Assembly (NCBI GenBank): GCA_033722655.1
Contig: JAWVYP010000001.1
Location: forward strand, 1 to 36,003
Source of the DNA: Akkermansiaceae bacterium
GTDB lineage: Bacteria > Verrucomicrobiota > Verrucomicrobiia > Verrucomicrobiales > Akkermansiaceae
Direction: 5' to 3'
DNA: 36,003 nt
Below the pieces are notes generated by a model, which saw nothing but the letters and a program-made list of their open reading frames with translations, was not told where the DNA came from and ran no database searches. Position 1 is the stretch's first letter; every line of letters starts with the position of its first letter. The translations under genes were made by a program, and so were the position numbers. This document shows positions 34,354 to 36,003 of the stretch, piece after piece.

Positions 34354-36003
34354 ATGAGCGACCGCAAGACCCTCGAACAACGCCAGGAAATGACCGACCT
34401 GGAGCGCCTCCGCCACTCCGCTGCCCACGTGATGGCGACCGCCATCCTGCGGATCTGGCCGGATGCCCAGTTTGCCTACGGTCCGCCCGTGGAAAACGGC
34501 TTCTACTACGACCTCGATATGAAGCACCGGATCACCCCGGAGGATTTCGAGAAAATCGAGGCCGAGATGAAGAAGATCGCCAAGGAGAACCAGAAGTTCG
34601 AGCGCCAGGTCATCAGCCGCGAAGAGGCCAAGGCGATGGCTGAAAGCGGTCGCCTCGGTGGCCTCTCCGAGCGCCCCGGCAATCCCTCCCGCTTCAAACT
34701 CGACCTCATCGACAAGATTCCCGAAGGCGAGGAGATCTCCTGCTTCCAGAACGGTGAATTCATCGACCTCTGTGCGGGCCCCCACGTCGGCTTCACCTCC
34801 AAGTGCAAGAACGTGAAGCTGATGAGTGTGTCCTCCTCCTTCTACATGGGCGACAAGGACAAGGGTCAGCTGCAGCGCGTCTACGGTACGGCCTTCGCCA
34901 AAAAGGACGAACTGATGGAGCACCTCGAGCGCCTCGAGGAAGCCCGCAAGCGCGATCACCGCAAGCTCGGCCGCGAGCTTGGACTCTTCCACATCGATGA
35001 AATGGTCGGCCAGGGCCTCATCCTCTGGAAGCCCAAGGGCGCGCTGGTTCGCCGCGCCTTGCAGGACTTCATCACCGAGGAACTCGACAAGCAGGGCTAC
35101 CAACAGGTCTTCACGCCCCACATCGGCAAGCTCGACCTCTACCGCACCTCCGGCCACTTCCCCTACTACCAGGACAGCCAGTATCCCGCCATCGCCGAGC
35201 GCGACATCCTTGAGAAGCTCGCCGACGAGGACGCCACCTGCGCCACGCTCATCAACGGCCTCGAGAAAGGCGAATACGAGGGCTACATGCTCAAGCCGAT
35301 GAACTGCCCGCACCACATCAAGATTTTTGCGAGCGACCATCACTCCTACCGCGACCTGCCCGTGCGGCTTGCCGAATTCGGCACCGTCTATCGCTGGGAG
35401 CAATCCGGCGAACTCGGCGGCATGACCCGCGTGCGTGGCTTCACCCAGGACGACGCCCACCTCTTCTGCACTCCTGACCAACTCGCCAAAGAAGTCTCCG
35501 GCTGCCTCGACCTCGTCAAGAAGGTGCTCAACACCCTAGGCATGGAGGACTACCGCGTGCGCCTCTCACTGCGCGATCCCGACAGCGACAAATACGTCGG
35601 TGCCCCGGAAAACTGGGACAAGGCTGAGGACGCCCTGCGCGAAGCCGTCCAGTCCATGGGCGTGGACTACACCGAAGAGCTCGGCGAAGCAGCCTTCTAC
35701 GGCCCCAAAATCGACTTTGTGGTCAAGGACGTCATTGGCCGCGACTGGCAGCTGGGCACCGTTCAGGTCGACTACAACCTCCCTGTGCGCTTTGGCCTCT
35801 CGTATGTCGGAGCGGACAACCAGCCCCACGTGCCGGTGATGATTCACCGCGCCCCCTTCGGCTCCATGGAGCGCTTCACGGGACTCCTGATCGAACACTT
35901 CGAAGGCAAATTCCCCACCTGGCTCGCCCCCGAGCAGGTCCGGATCATCCCCGTCGCCGACCGCTTCCTCGACTACGCCGAGATGGTCGCCGAACACCTC
36001 CGA
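34354..36003 (+). CDS. thrS: Threonine--tRNA ligase, 3' end beyond the window
   Basis: Absent from the ORF track because there is no stop in the window. Manual translation: LRHSAAHVMA, GFYYD, DLCAGPH, LQRVYGTAF, RDHRKLG, LKPMNCPHH, RVRGFTQDDAH, AAFYGPKID, MIHRAPFGSMERF. Confidence 0.97.
   Translation, partial: MSDRKTLEQRQEMTDLERLRHSAAHVMATAILRIWPDAQFAYGPPVENGFYYDLDMKHRITPEDFEKIEAEMKKIAKENQKFERQVISREEAKAMAESGRLGGLSERPGNPSRFKLDLIDKIPEGEEISCFQNGEFIDLCAGPHVGFTSKCKNVKLMSVSSSFYMGDKDKGQLQRVYGTAFAKKDELMEHLERLEEARKRDHRKLGRELGLFHIDEMVGQGLILWKPKGALVRRALQDFITEELDKQGYQQVFTPHIGKLDLYRTSGHFPYYQDSQYPAIAERDILEKLADEDATCATLINGLEKGEYEGYMLKPMNCPHHIKIFASDHHSYRDLPVRLAEFGTVYRWEQSGELGGMTRVRGFTQDDAHLFCTPDQLAKEVSGCLDLVKKVLNTLGMEDYRVRLSLRDPDSDKYVGAPENWDKAEDALREAVQSMGVDYTEELGEAAFYGPKIDFVVKDVIGRDWQLGTVQVDYNLPVRFGLSYVGADNQPHVPVMIHRAPFGSMERFTGLLIEHFEGKFPTWLAPEQVRIIPVADRFLDYAEMVAEHLR

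Noticed and set aside
34333-35997. Minus-strand ORFs of 382 aa and 143 aa
   Set aside because: Shadows of thrS, which the track missed because its stop lies outside the window.

Overview
GC-rich bacterial chromosomal window, probably Verrucomicrobiales (inferred from gene content, pyrimidine-rich leaders that mostly lack a Shine-Dalgarno sequence, and an SHD1-tailed thioredoxin). About 30 CDSs; no rRNA, tRNA, CRISPR array, transposase or integrase seen. Housekeeping-type genes include a partial bactofilin, rnhA, gltB without gltD, an IscA/HesB protein, a histone H1-like protein, an RlmI-like methyltransferase, polX and a partial thrS. The best candidate for an undescribed system is a divergent locus at 1631-9441. 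Its left arm encodes an FN3-like membrane protein, a sodium:solute symporter, an unannotated 39-aa membrane peptide, an aspartate-carbamoyltransferase paralogue lacking the aspartate beta-carboxylate ligands, and an AsnB-type amidotransferase. Its right arm encodes an N-carbamoyl-amino-acid amidohydrolase and an isochorismatase-family amidase. Together these suggest synthesis, uptake and recycling of an N-carbamoyl amino-acid amide; the compatible solute N-alpha-carbamoyl-glutamine-1-amide is one candidate. Other notable items: sigma54-type motifs before several nitrogen genes, an HTH-only LysR facing an orphan NasS/NrtA-like protein, a ~180-bp MITE-like element with an internally deleted second copy, a frameshifted four-helix-bundle gene flanked by 7-bp repeats, an alpha/beta hydrolase lacking its catalytic Ser, and a LacI-associated catabolic locus with an NRAMP-like transporter lacking the metal-binding motif. 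All calls come from motif recognition by eye; no searches were run.
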